Shown here: piece after piece, positions 1 to 11,673 of the stretch
Layout of the letters: each line of letters opens with the position of its first letter
Numbering within the stretch: the stretch's first letter is position 1
Source of the DNA: Cetorhinus maximus
Taxonomy: Eukaryota
DNA length: 64,000 nucleotides
Reading direction: 5' to 3'
NCBI RefSeq assembly: GCF_964194155.1
Contig: NC_135895.1
Location: 39,432,001-39,496,000, forward strand
Translations under genes and position numbers: made by a program
The notes under the pieces: generated by a model
What the model saw: only the letters and a program-made list of their open reading frames with translations
Database searches by the model: none
What the model was told of the DNA's origin: nothing

Positions 1-3000
1 ATTGGTTGCAGAATCAATTACAGCTGCGAGGAAAGATAATATACTAAATGAAGCATCAAATGAGGGCATCTGGGTTGAGCTCAGAAATAAAAAAGGGGCA
101 GCCACACTGCTCACAGTGTACAATAGACCCCCAAATAGTGGAAGAGAGTTGGAAGAGCAAATATGTAGGCAGATTTCAGAGTGCAAAAACAATAGGGCAG
201 TAGTAATTGGAGACTTCAACGAGCCTAACATCAATTGGGATATAAACAGTATGAAGGGCACACTCGAGGTCACAAAATTCTTGAACTGCATTTAAGAGAA
301 CTTTTTTTAGCCAGCATGTAACAAGCCCAATAAGAGGGGGTGCAATTCTAGATTTGATCTTAGGAAATGAAGCTGGGCAAGTGGATGAAGAAGTAGCAGA
401 TCATCATTTTTGAGATAGTGACCATAATACAGTTAGATTTAGCATTATTATGGAAAGGGACAAAAATAGAACAAGAGTAAAAGTTCGAAGTTGGGGGGAA
501 GACAAATTTTACAAAGCTGAGGGATGAACTGGCAAAAGTGGTCTGGATACAGCTACTAGAAGGGAAAACGGTGTCAAATCAATGGGAGGCATTCAAAAGT
601 AAGATTCTACGGGCACAGTGTAGAATGTCCCCACAAAGAAAAAGGATGCCACTGCCAAATCTAGAGCCCCCTGGTTATTCTGAACAATACAGGCGAAGAT
701 AAAGCAGAAAATGAAAGCTTATGACCAGTCACAAAAAGCTAAATAATGTAGAAAGCCTAGAGAGTATAGAAAGTACAGGGGTGAAGTAAAAAAGGAAATT
801 AGGAAATCAAAGAGAATATGAAAAAATATAGGCAGGTAAAATCAAAGAAAACCCAAAGATGTTTTACCAATACATTAAGAGCAAGAGAATAACTCAGGAA
901 AGGATAGGGCCTATTAGAGTGTATGTAGCAACTTATGTGTTAATGCTGAAGATGTGGGCAGGGTTTTCAATGAGTATCAGGAACTGAACTGGACCAGCCA
1001 TTTAAATACTGTGGCTACAAGAGCAGGTCAGAGGCTAGGAATCCTGCGACAAGTAACTCACCTCCTGACTCCCCAAAGCCTGTCCACCATCTACAAGGCA
1101 CAAGTCAGGAGTGTGATGGAATATTCCCCACTTGCCTGGATGAGGGCTGCTCCCACAATTCTCAAGCAGCTTGACAAAGCAGCCCACTTGATTGGCACCA
1201 CATCCACAAATATTCACTCCCTCCACCACCGATGTAGCAGCAGTGCATACCATCTACAAGATACACTGCAGTAATTAACCAAGGCTCCTTAGACAGCACC
1301 TTCTAAACCCATGACCACCAGAAGGACAAGGGCAAAAGATAGATGAGAACACCACCACTTGGAAGCTCCCCGCCAAGTCACTCACCATCCTGACTTGGAA
1401 ATATATCGCTGTTCCTTAACTGTCGCTGGGTCAAAATCCTGGAACTCCCTTCCTAACAGCATTGTGGGTGTACCTACACCACATGGACTGAGCAGTTCAA
1501 GAAGGCTGCTCATCACCACCTTCTCAAGGGCAATTAGGGATGGGCAATAAATGCTGGCCCAGGCAGCAAAGCCCACATGCCATGAATGAATAAAAAAAAC
1601 TTTGTCTCTATCTTCAAAAAGGAGAGGGATGATGCAGACATTCTAGTTAAAGAGGAGGAGTGTGAAATATTAGGTACAATAAGCATAATCAGAGAGGAAA
1701 TACTGGAGGGACTGACATCCTTGAAAGTGGATAAATCACCAGGGTTGGATGGATTGTATCCCAGGTTGTTAAAGGAAGCCAGGGAGGAAATAGCAGATGC
1801 TCCGAGGATTATTTGCTAATCCTCACTAGATACAAGTGAGGTACCAGAGGATTGGAGCTCTGCAAACATTGTACCATTATTTAAAAAGGGTGCAAGGAAT
1901 AGGCCAGAAAATTATAGGCCAGTCAGTCTGACTTCAGTGGTGAGCAAATTATTGGAATCAATTCTGAGACACAAGATAAACGGTCACTTGGAAAAGCATG
2001 GATCAGGGCTGGTTAGTCTGGTTTTGTTAGGGGAAGATGGTGTCTTACTAATTTTTTGAGGAAGTAACAAGGAGGATTGATGAGGGCAGTGCAGTGGATA
2101 TTGTCTACATGGATTTTAGTAAGGCATTTGACAAGGTTCCGCACAGCAGACTGGTCAGAAAAGTGAGATCCCATGGGATACAGGGGGAGGTGACGAGTTA
2201 GATCCAAAATTGCCTCGGCGACAGGAAACAAAGAGTAATAGTCGATGGATGTTTTTGCGAATGGAAAGGGGACTCCAGTGGTGTTCCACAAGGCCCAGTA
2301 TTCGGGCCATACTGTTTGTTGTATATATTAGTGATGTGAACTTAAGTGTGGGAGGTATGATTGGGAAATTTGCAGATGACGCAAAACTTGGCCATGTAGT
2401 TGATAGTCAAGAAGATAGCTGTTGTTTCCAGAATCATATCAATGGTTTGGTTGAGTGGGCGGAAAAGTGGCAAAATGGAATTCAATCCGGAAAAGTGTGA
2501 GGTAATGCATTTGGGGAGGGCAAACAAAGCAATGAATGGGAGATATTGAGAGGGGTTGAGGAAATGAGACACCTTGGGGTGCATGTTCGCTGATTCCTGA
2601 AGGCGGTAGAACAGGTGGGTAAGATGGTAAAGAAAGAATATGGAGTGTTTTGCTTTTTTGGATGAGGTATTGAATACAAAAGCAGGGATGTAATGCTGGA
2701 ACTGTACAAAATGCTGGTATAGCCACAGCTGGAATTGTGTGTACAGTTCTGGTCACCACATTACAGGAAGGGCATAATTGCTCTGGACAGCGTACAGAGG
2801 AGGTTTACAAGAATGTTGCCACGGCTTGAAAATTGTTCTCCTTAGAACAGAGTAGAGTGAGGGGGTGACCTAATTGAGGTGTACAAAATTATGAGGGTAG
2901 AAAAGGAAGACCTGGTTTCCCTAGCTGAGGGGTCAATTACCAGGGGGCATAGATTTAAGGTGATTGGTAGAAGAATTAAAGGGGACATGAGGAAAAACTT

Positions 3001-3120
3001 ATTCACCCAAAGTGTGGTGGGCTTCTGGAATTCCCTGCCTAAATTAATGGTTGAGGCTGAAAGATGGGGCGAATGTTTTTAAAAAGTACTCAGCAAGTTG
3101 TCATGATCTAGAATGCAGTA
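1..3120 (+). mobile_element. Decayed CR1-clade LINE (APE endonuclease + RT), interrupted by a nested LINE fragment
   Basis: ORF fragments: YNRPPNS/VIGDFN (endonuclease, 2..295), KSPGLDGLYPRLLKE (1586..1819), KFADDAK (2210..2500), TRGHRFK...FWNSLP (CR1 3' end, 2879..3082). Many stops and frameshifts. Confidence 0.9.
977..1599 (+). mobile_element. 5'-truncated 3' fragment of a second CR1-like LINE family, nested in the first LINE
   Basis: IYKAQVRSVMEYSPLAW peptide; ends GGGCAATAAATGCTGG...CCCACATGCCATGAATGAATAAAAAAAA. Splits the host frame between 'VFNEY' and 'FVSIF'. Same family as 6770-9790. Confidence 0.85.
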
Positions 3121-3559
3121 CCTTAATGGAAGTAGAATCAACAGCAGCTTTCAAAAGGGAATTGCATATATACTTAGTAGGGGAGTAGGTCTACTTGAAT
3201 AACTCTTTCAAAGAGCTGGGACAGGCAGTTAAATGGCCTTCTCTGCTGTTCTATCATTCAATCTGTGCCCCAGACAACAATCAGTCCAGGTCCCTCTTAA
3301 CAGCTTGTAGAATCACCACATACCCAGAAAGTAGTGACTCTTTGGAATGGTTGATGACCTGTGGGATAAAGAAGGAATACCTATCATTTGGCCGATTCCT
3401 ACTTCTGTGTAGTTTAAGCTCCTCTCCTCCCCAGTCTATTAAACTGAAATAACCTATTAGACCAGCAACCCAACTCTTTATTTACTTTACATACCTCCTC
3501 TGAGTGTACATTACTTGAAGGCAAATAAATTCAGTTATTTAAGCCTGAGTAACAAAGAT

Positions 3560-4170
3560 TCTTTAAGCTAGGAATCATTTTTATAGTTGTCTTCTGAACC
3601 TTATCTATGGCCACGAATGTGAAGGGGCCAAAACCATGCACAGTACCCCAGATGTGGTCGGATCAATGATCTCTATAATGACAGATTGGTGTCCTTTGGT
3701 TTGTATTGAATGGTTCTCTTTAATACAGCCCAATATCCTCCTTGCTGTGGCTATGGCTTCTCTGCATTGGTTGTGAACTTTAAGCATGATGTGTACAATA
3801 GCACCAAGATCCTTTTCTCCCTCAGTCACTTTCGATATTATTCCTTGTAAATATTAGGAATATTCTGTGTTGGTCTTATCCACATGAATTACACTGCATT
3901 TATGCAGGTTAAATGCCATTTATCATTGTTTGGCCCATTCACCCAGTGCACCAATTTATTTTGCAGTAGACTGTAGTGAATCTGTAGTGACTCTGCAGTC
4001 CTAACTATTGCATAAACTTTAATGTCACCATCAAATTTACTGACCATATCCCCAACAGCACAGTCCAGGTCATTTAAGAAACAGTGAACAGCAGTAGGCC
4101 TAACACCAATACTGGGTTGACACCACTGGTAACCTGCCTCTGGGCTGATCCACAAACATTGGTTAAAACA
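3560..4170 (-). mobile_element. Old CR1 LINE RT fragment
   Basis: EKDLGAIV, RRILGCI, FLNDLD...VSKFDGD remnants in minus-strand ORFs 3605..3829 and 3889..4185. Confidence 0.75.
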
Positions 4171-6256
4171 AGGGAACGTATACAATAATTAAATTGAGTG
4201 ATTGAGGAATAACAGTCTTGAAGAAAATTTTGTAAAAAAAGTAATCTAAAGAAATAATTATTTTAGCTTCAATTAGAATCAAAGAATGGTTACAACACAG
4301 AAGGGGGGCCATTCGGTCCATTGTGTCCATACCAGCTCTCCGAGAAAGTTAATCCTGAAGTTAAAATCAACCTTCATCACAGACAAGCATTCAGTTACCA
4401 GCTGAGGTAGGAGCTACAATTAGCCACAAAGGATTCAAACGTAACACAAAAGATAAGTGTAATTAGAAACCTGGAGAATTTGTTTCAAGACTCAGCTCAA
4501 AGTTGGAAAGTTTCGTAAATCATCCATAGTTAGTTGGCAAACTGAATTTGGTAGCCCTTGTTCCGGCTTTGAAAAGCAGTATCACTCTCCAATCAGATTC
4601 GAAAGGTTTGGCTCTACAACTCATCAGTGAAGTTCAGTAGAGGCGCGGAAAATAACAAAGATGTACCAGGAAATGGTACATTACTGTGAAATGTGTTGAA
4701 AGGTTATGCAAAGGAGCTGCTAAATTACCCAAATTCAATGCAATAGTTCATTAACATGCATAGCTCTATAAATGCAAATACAATACATGTATCTTACACA
4801 TCCCATGGTGTTGCTCATAGTACACTGATGGACACTGCTTAAAGTCAGCAATATTGTGCCTTGTTGCACATAAAGCAACAGGGGAATCTGTATGTAACTT
4901 GGCCTAAGATCTTACTGCTGTAAATAAGGATTTTGAGGGTATTTTGTTTTGAAGAGGCTTCTGCAGAAATAAGTAGGAAAATTCCTTTTGTCCCCCCACC
5001 TAGAACAGCAATGTGGGACAGTGAAATATGATGGACACTTATTATTTTAAATAGTAGTTGACCACTGGTTTTATCATTAAAGCATTGGGGAACTACTCGT
5101 TGAAGATGTGATTAGAAATTGAATGTCGCAGACATCACATTTACAGGTTGCTGCAATGAAGTAAGGGGGATGTATGTGAATATTTTAAAGCCAACCCATT
5201 TGAATGGATATTACCCTATTGTTGTGAGCATTTAGAGATGAATGGACGTCTTAGGATAGATCCAGAAGTGCTAGAAACAGTTCATTGAGATGCCGGACAA
5301 GTGTCAAGTTTTTCAATTTCAATCTGCTGATGCCACCAGGAAATCTGGATCTAGACCCGCAAACTTCCTGTGTTTTCTGATCTTGTTCACAGCCTCATCA
5401 AATTGCAGGATACATATTTTGATTTCTTCTGTTCCTAGTTAGCTCTGAATGAAATAGAAAGTAAAGCCCAGGAACAGTGCTCCTGGTTTACCAGTTCCTC
5501 AACAGTTAGTCATCAGGATAGTGGCTGGAACCTCATGGACCTGATCAAACCCCACATATAATACAGGTACAAATCTCTGTTAGTGTCAGTAGAGACTGCT
5601 GAGTGTTTTGACGTTTTTAACTTCACAAATTGAGGAGCTAGCACAAGTTAAAAATGCCTTTGTCACTATTATTTCTCATAAACTTGTATCATAATGTACT
5701 GTCCAAATTACACTAGAGTGTTCAATGTACCATCTTGCAAAGTGTAAAAAATTAGAGGGCTTCAGTTGAATGTAGTTACTTAAATACTGGACATATATAG
5801 GCACTCTAGTTTGTGGAATGCAAATGGGGTACTCAAAGGAAGCAAGGGAAGAAAGAAGGAGCTAAGTCACATGAATACAAGTGGCTTTCATGGCCTGAAG
5901 ACATCACAAAGTACTTCACAATGTGCAGTCACTGTCTTTTTGCAGGCAAACATAACAGGCAATCTGAGTACTCTTACAGGAGGGGGAAGGAAAGAATGAG
6001 AAAGGAGGAAAATAATTAATCTTCAGGCCAAAACATCATTCCAGCCCCAGAAAATGTGGTTGGCTCTCAGTCCTATCTGAAGTATATCTGCAAGCCACCA
6101 TCAAGATTTTGTCTCATTAGTGCTATGAATGAGAGTAGGCTCAGTCTCAAGGGCTACAACTGCCAAACTCATGCATCATAAGGTGGTGGGAGAACCAATT
6201 TGAGGAAGTGACTCAGCTGACTTCATTCTCACTTACGTACCTGTCATAGACACACC

Positions 6257-6680
6257 TGTTTACGTTACTTGGTGTAGCGTTCCCAGCCTCTGACCTGCTC
6301 TTATAGCCACAGTATTTATGCAGTTGGTCCAGTTCAGTTTTAGGTCAATGGTAATCCCCAGGATGTTGATGGTAGGGGATTCAGCAACACTAGTGCAATT
6401 GAACGTCAAGGGGGAAAATGGTGAGAGGCGGTTGGAGGTGGTCACTGCCTGGCACTTAAGTGGCAGGCAACATTCACGCCACACATCAGTCCAAGCCTGA
6501 ATGTTATGCAGCAAGACCTGGACATGGACTGCTTCAGTATCTTAAGAGTCATGAATGGTACTGAACACTGTGCAATCGTCAGCAAAATTCCCCACTTCTG
6601 ACCTTATGATGGAAGAAATATTCTAAGTAGCTGAATATCATTGTGCCTCGGAGGCTACCTGAGGAATTCCTGCTGTGATG
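6257..6680 (-). mobile_element. CR1-like LINE RT fragment, inverted relative to the adjacent copy
   Basis: ESPTINILGITIDLKLNW...RAGQRLG peptide; reverse complement resembles 8810-9230. Confidence 0.8.
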
Positions 6681-6769
6681 TCGTTGACATTAGTTTTTCC
6701 AGCAATTTTTGTTTTTGTTTCAGATTTCCAGCATCCGCAGTATTTTGCTTTTATGTTGTAAACATCTAT

Positions 6770-9700
6770 CATTTCCTTTAGAGAAGCAAATCGGCTGTCC
6801 TTACCTGTTCTGGCCTACATGTGACTCCAGACTCTCAGCAATGTGGTTGACTCTTAACTGCTCTCTGAAATGGCAGAGCAAGCCACTCAATTGTATCAAA
6901 CCACTACAAAGTCTCAAAAACGGAATGAAACCTGGCAGACCACCCACATCGACCTAGGCACCAGAAATGACAACAGCAAATTCAGCCCTATCGACCCTGC
7001 AAAGTCCTCCTTACTAAGGTCTGCGGGTTAGTGCCAAAAGTGCAACAGCCTGACATAGTCATCCTCACGGAATCAGATCTTACAGATACTGTCCCAGACA
7101 TCACCAACGTCATCGTTGGGTATGTCCTCTCCCACAGGCAGAGCAGACCCAGCAGAAGAGGTGACACTGTGGTGTATAGTAGGGAGATAGTTGCCCTGGG
7201 GGTCCTCAACATCAACTCCAGAACCCATGAAATCTCATGGCATCAGGTCAAACATGGGCAAGAAAACCTCCTGCTGAATACCATGTACCACCCTCCCTCA
7301 GCTAACGAATCAGTGCTCCTCCATGTTGAACAACACTTGGAGGAAGCACTGAGGGTGGCAAGGGTGCAGAATGTACTCTGGGTAGGGGACTTCAATGTCC
7401 ATCACCAACAGTGGCTTGGCAGCACCACTACTGACTGAGCTGGACATGTCCTAAATGACATAGCTGCTAGACTGGTTCCCCGTGGCAGGTGGTGGGGGAA
7501 CCAACAAGAGGGAACAACATACTTGACCTCATCCTCGCCAACCTGCCTGCTGCAGATGCATCTGTCCATGACAGTTTCGGTAGGAGTGAACACCACACAG
7601 TCATTGTAGAGACAAAGTCCCGCCTTCACACTGAGGATACCCTCCATCGTGTGGTGTGGAACTAACACTGTGATAAATGGGATAGATTTCGAACAGATCT
7701 AGTACGCAAGATTGGGCATCCATGAGGCACTGTGGGCCATCAGCAAACAGCAGAATTGTACTCGAACACAATCTGTAATCTCATGGCCCAACATATCCCC
7801 CACTCTACCATTACCATCAAACCAGGAGAACAACCCTGGTTCAATGAAGAGTGCAGGAGGGCATGCCAGGAGCAGCACCAGGCATACGTAGAAATGAGGT
7901 GTCAACCTGGAGAAGCTATAACACAGGGCTACTTGCATGCCAAACAGCGTAAGCAGCAAGTGATCCACAGAGCTAAGCGATCCCACAATCAACGGGTCGA
8001 ATCTAAGCTCTGCAGTCCTGTCATATCCAGTCGTGAATGGTGGTCGACAATTAAACAACTCACTGGAGGAGGGGGCTCCACAAATATCCCCCTCTTCAAT
8101 GGTGAGAGCCCAGCACACCTGTGCAAAAGATAAGGCTAAAGCATTTGCTACAATCTTCAGCCAGAAGTGCTGAGTGGATGATCCATCTCGGCCTCCTCCG
8201 GAGGTCCCCAACATCACAGATGCCAGTCTTCAACAAATTCAATTCATTCTACATGATATCAAGAAACAGTTGAAGGCACTGGATAGTGCAAGGGCAATGG
8301 ACCCTGACAATACTCCGGCAATAGTGCTGAAGACTTGTGATCCAGAACTTGCTGCGCCCCTAGCCAAGCTGTTCCAGTACAGCTACAACACTGGTATCTA
8401 CCCAGCTATGTGGAAAATTGTCCAGGTACGTCCTGTACACAAAAAGCAGGACAAATCCAACCCAACCAATTACCACCACATCAGTCTACTCTCGATCATC
8501 AGTAAAGTAATGGAAGGGGTCATCAACAGTGCTATCAAGTGGCACTTGCTTAGCAATAAGCTATTCACTGACACCCAGTTTGGGTACCGCCAGGACCACT
8601 CAGCTCTTGATGGTTCAAACATGGGCAAAGAGCTGCACTCTTGAGGTGAGTGAGAGTCAACGCTGCATTTGACCAACTGTGGCATCAAGGAGCCCTAGTA
8701 AACTTGCAGTCAATGGGAAGGCTCTCCGCTGATTGGAGTCATACCTAGCACAAAGGAAGGCGGTTGTAGTTGTTGGAGGTCAGTCATCTCAGCTCCAGAC
8801 CATCGCTGCAGGAGTTCCTCAGGGTAGTGTCCTCGGCCCAACTATCTTAAGCTGCTTCATTAATGGCCTTCCTTCCATCATAAGGTCAGAAGTGGGGATC
8901 TTCGCTGATGATTGCACCCAATGTTAAGCACCATTTGCTTCTCCTCAGATACTGAAGCAGCCCTTGTCCAAATACAGCAAGGCCTGAAAAACATCCAGGC
9001 TTGGGCTGACAAGTAACATTCACGCCACACAAGTTCCAGGCAATGACCACCTCCAACAAGACAGAATTTAACCATCGCCCCTTAACGTTCAATGGCATCA
9101 CCATCACTGAATCACCCACTATCAACATCCTGGGGGTTACCATTGACCAGAAATTTAACTGGATTAGCCATATAACTGCTGTGGCTACCAGAGCAGGTCA
9201 GAGGCTAGGAATCCTGCAATGAGTAACCTACTTCCTGATTCCACAAAGCCCGTCCACCACCTACAAGGCACAAGTCAGGAGTGTGGTGGAATACTCCTCA
9301 CTAGCCTGGATGAGTGCAGCTCCAACACTCAAGAAGTTCGACACCATCCAGGACAAAACAGCCCACATGATTGGCACCAAATCCACAAACATTCACTCCC
9401 TTCACCACCGACACATAGTCGCAGCTGTGTGTACCATCTACACGATGCACTGCAGTAATTCACCAAGGCTCCTTAGGCAGCACCTTCCAAACCCACGACC
9501 ACTACCATTTGGAAGGACAAGGGCAGCAGATAGATGGGAACGCCACCATCTGGAAGTTTCCCTCCAAGTCACTCACCTTCTTGACTTGGAAACATATCGC
9601 CTCTCCTTCACTGCCGCTGGGTCAAAATCCTCAAACACCCTTCCTAACAGCACTGTGGGAGTACCTATACCACAAGGTGCAGCAGTTCAAGAAAGCAGCT

Positions 9701-9790
9701 CACCATCACCTTCTCAAGGGCAACTAGGGATGGCAATAAATGCTGGCCTAGCCAGCAAAGCCCGCATCCCATGAATGGATAAAAAAAACC
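6770..9790 (+). mobile_element. Near full-length decayed CR1-like LINE (APE + RT)
   Basis: PDIVILTES, VLWVGDFN (APE); PWFNEEC; KQDKSNPTNYHHISLLS; GVPQGSVLGP; IFADDC (RT); 3' tail ending in an A-run at about 9781-9788. Confidence 0.92.
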
Positions 9791-10100
9791 CACTTTGCTG
9801 ATGATGGAGAATAGAATAATGGGACGCTATTTAGCCAGATTGGATATGTCCTTTTTGTGGACAGGACGTACCTGGGCAGTTTTCCACAACATTGGGTAGA
9901 TGTCAGTGTTGTAGCTGTCTTGGAACAACTTAGCTATGGACATAGGTAGTTCAGGAGCATAAGTCTTCAGCATGACGGCCACAATGTTGTTAGGGCCTGT
10001 AGCCTTTGCTGATTACGATGCACTTAGCAGTTTGTTGATATCACACGGTGTGAACTGAATTGGCTTTAGACTGGCATCTGTGATGTTGGGGACTTCTGAA
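9791..10100 (-). mobile_element. Inverted fragment of the same LINE family
   Basis: Reverse complement resembles 8200-8510 (tether and RT start). Confidence 0.7.
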
Positions 10101-11459
10101 GGAGAAAGAAGGTGAAGGGTAGGTCATGTCCAACTAATCCAGTTGACCTTTGAGGAGGTCACTGACATGGTGGATAAATGCATGTCTATTGCTTGGATGT
10201 TGTCTACATGGTCTTCTACAATGTATCTGATAAGGGTGCATACAATAGATTATCAAAAATTAGAGTGCACAAAATTGGAGGTAATAAACTGATGCTGGTT
10301 GGTAATTGATTCGGGGCTAGAAGACCGAGAGAAGGGTGAAGGGTTCATTCTTCAATCGGCAGTATGTAGCAAGTGGAGTTTCCCTGGTATCTGTACCGAG
10401 GTCTCAGTTTTTCACTGTATATCAAAGTTTTGAATGAAGGAATAGGAATTTTGTCGATGATACTCATTTTGGAGGTGCTATAAATCACTTAGATTGGAGG
10501 AGGAAGTTACAAAGGGGCAGACAGACTGAGCTAGTGGGCAAAATTATGGCAGACAGGATTCAATGTGAGGAGTACATGGTCTTTCACTTTAGATCTGAAC
10601 AAGACAAATCATGATATTTTCTTCATTCTGAGAGGCTAGCAGTTGTGAAAGAGCAACGGAATTTAGGTATCTATGCCTACAAATGCCCAAGAACAATTCT
10701 GCACCAATTAGGGAGTTTCTTCTGCATAAGAAGTTGACTTGATAAAATATTATATTTAGCATTATTTTAAACATAGACAAAAATAAACGATGTTGCCAGG
10801 AACTGCTTTTCTTAAAAAAAATGTCATCTTCATTCAATAACACAGGGTCTCTCTCAGAAATCACTTCTAGAAAACTGTACCTGCATCCTCAACCCTATGC
10901 CAAACACGCAACTCCATTTCCACTGTTGACACCATCTTTTTCTAGAACACAGCTTTCCCCTCTATTATCATCCCCTGCTTGAAAATGTTAACCTTGATCT
11001 CTGCTGTTCTCTTTAGCTGCTGCCCATCTTCAAGTTCCTTTTTCCTTTAAGAGGTGCTCAAGCATATCACTGCCACCCAGCTCAGTATCATCTTTCATCA
11101 CTCTGCCAGACTCATTTCAGTCAGTTTCCACCTTGCCTTAACCATTCTGATCTGTGTCACTAATAATATTATTTAAGATTCCAACTAAGGCACATTATTC
11201 CTCCATCCAACGTGGTGCATCACTCCAACGTCTTCCATGATTTCTTTTGTGAAGTTTTAATCTATGCCACCACCCTCACTTGGTTCCACTTCAACCTACC
11301 CCAATGTAGCCAACACATCATAACTTCTAAACCGCCCTAGGCCACCACCTCATGTGTAACTCAATGTTCTGGTCTGGATCTCTATCTATTCTACATCCAC
11401 GTGAATGTGCAGTTTACAAATGCATGCTGGCAATACACACAAGCTCCAATTATCAGTAA

Positions 11460-11673
11460 TACAAAAGCAACATACTGCAGGTGCTGGAAATCTAAAATGA
11501 AAACAGAAAATGCTGGAAATGCTCAGCAGGTCAGGCAGTATCTGCAGAGAGAGAAACAGAGTTAATGTTTCAGGTCAGATCTGGTAAAGGTCATCGACCT
11601 AAAATGTTAACTCCATTTCTTTCTCAGCATATGTTGCCTGACCTAAGTATTTCCAGCATTTTCTGTTTTTATC
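11460..11673. mobile_element. Palindromic element made of two inverted Penelope-like 3' ends
   Basis: AAAACAGAAAATGCTGGAAAT...TCAGGCAG...GAGTTAATGTTTCAGGTC pairs with GACCTAAAATGTTAACTC...TGCCTGACC...ATTTCCAGCATTTTCTGTTTT. Confidence 0.75.
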
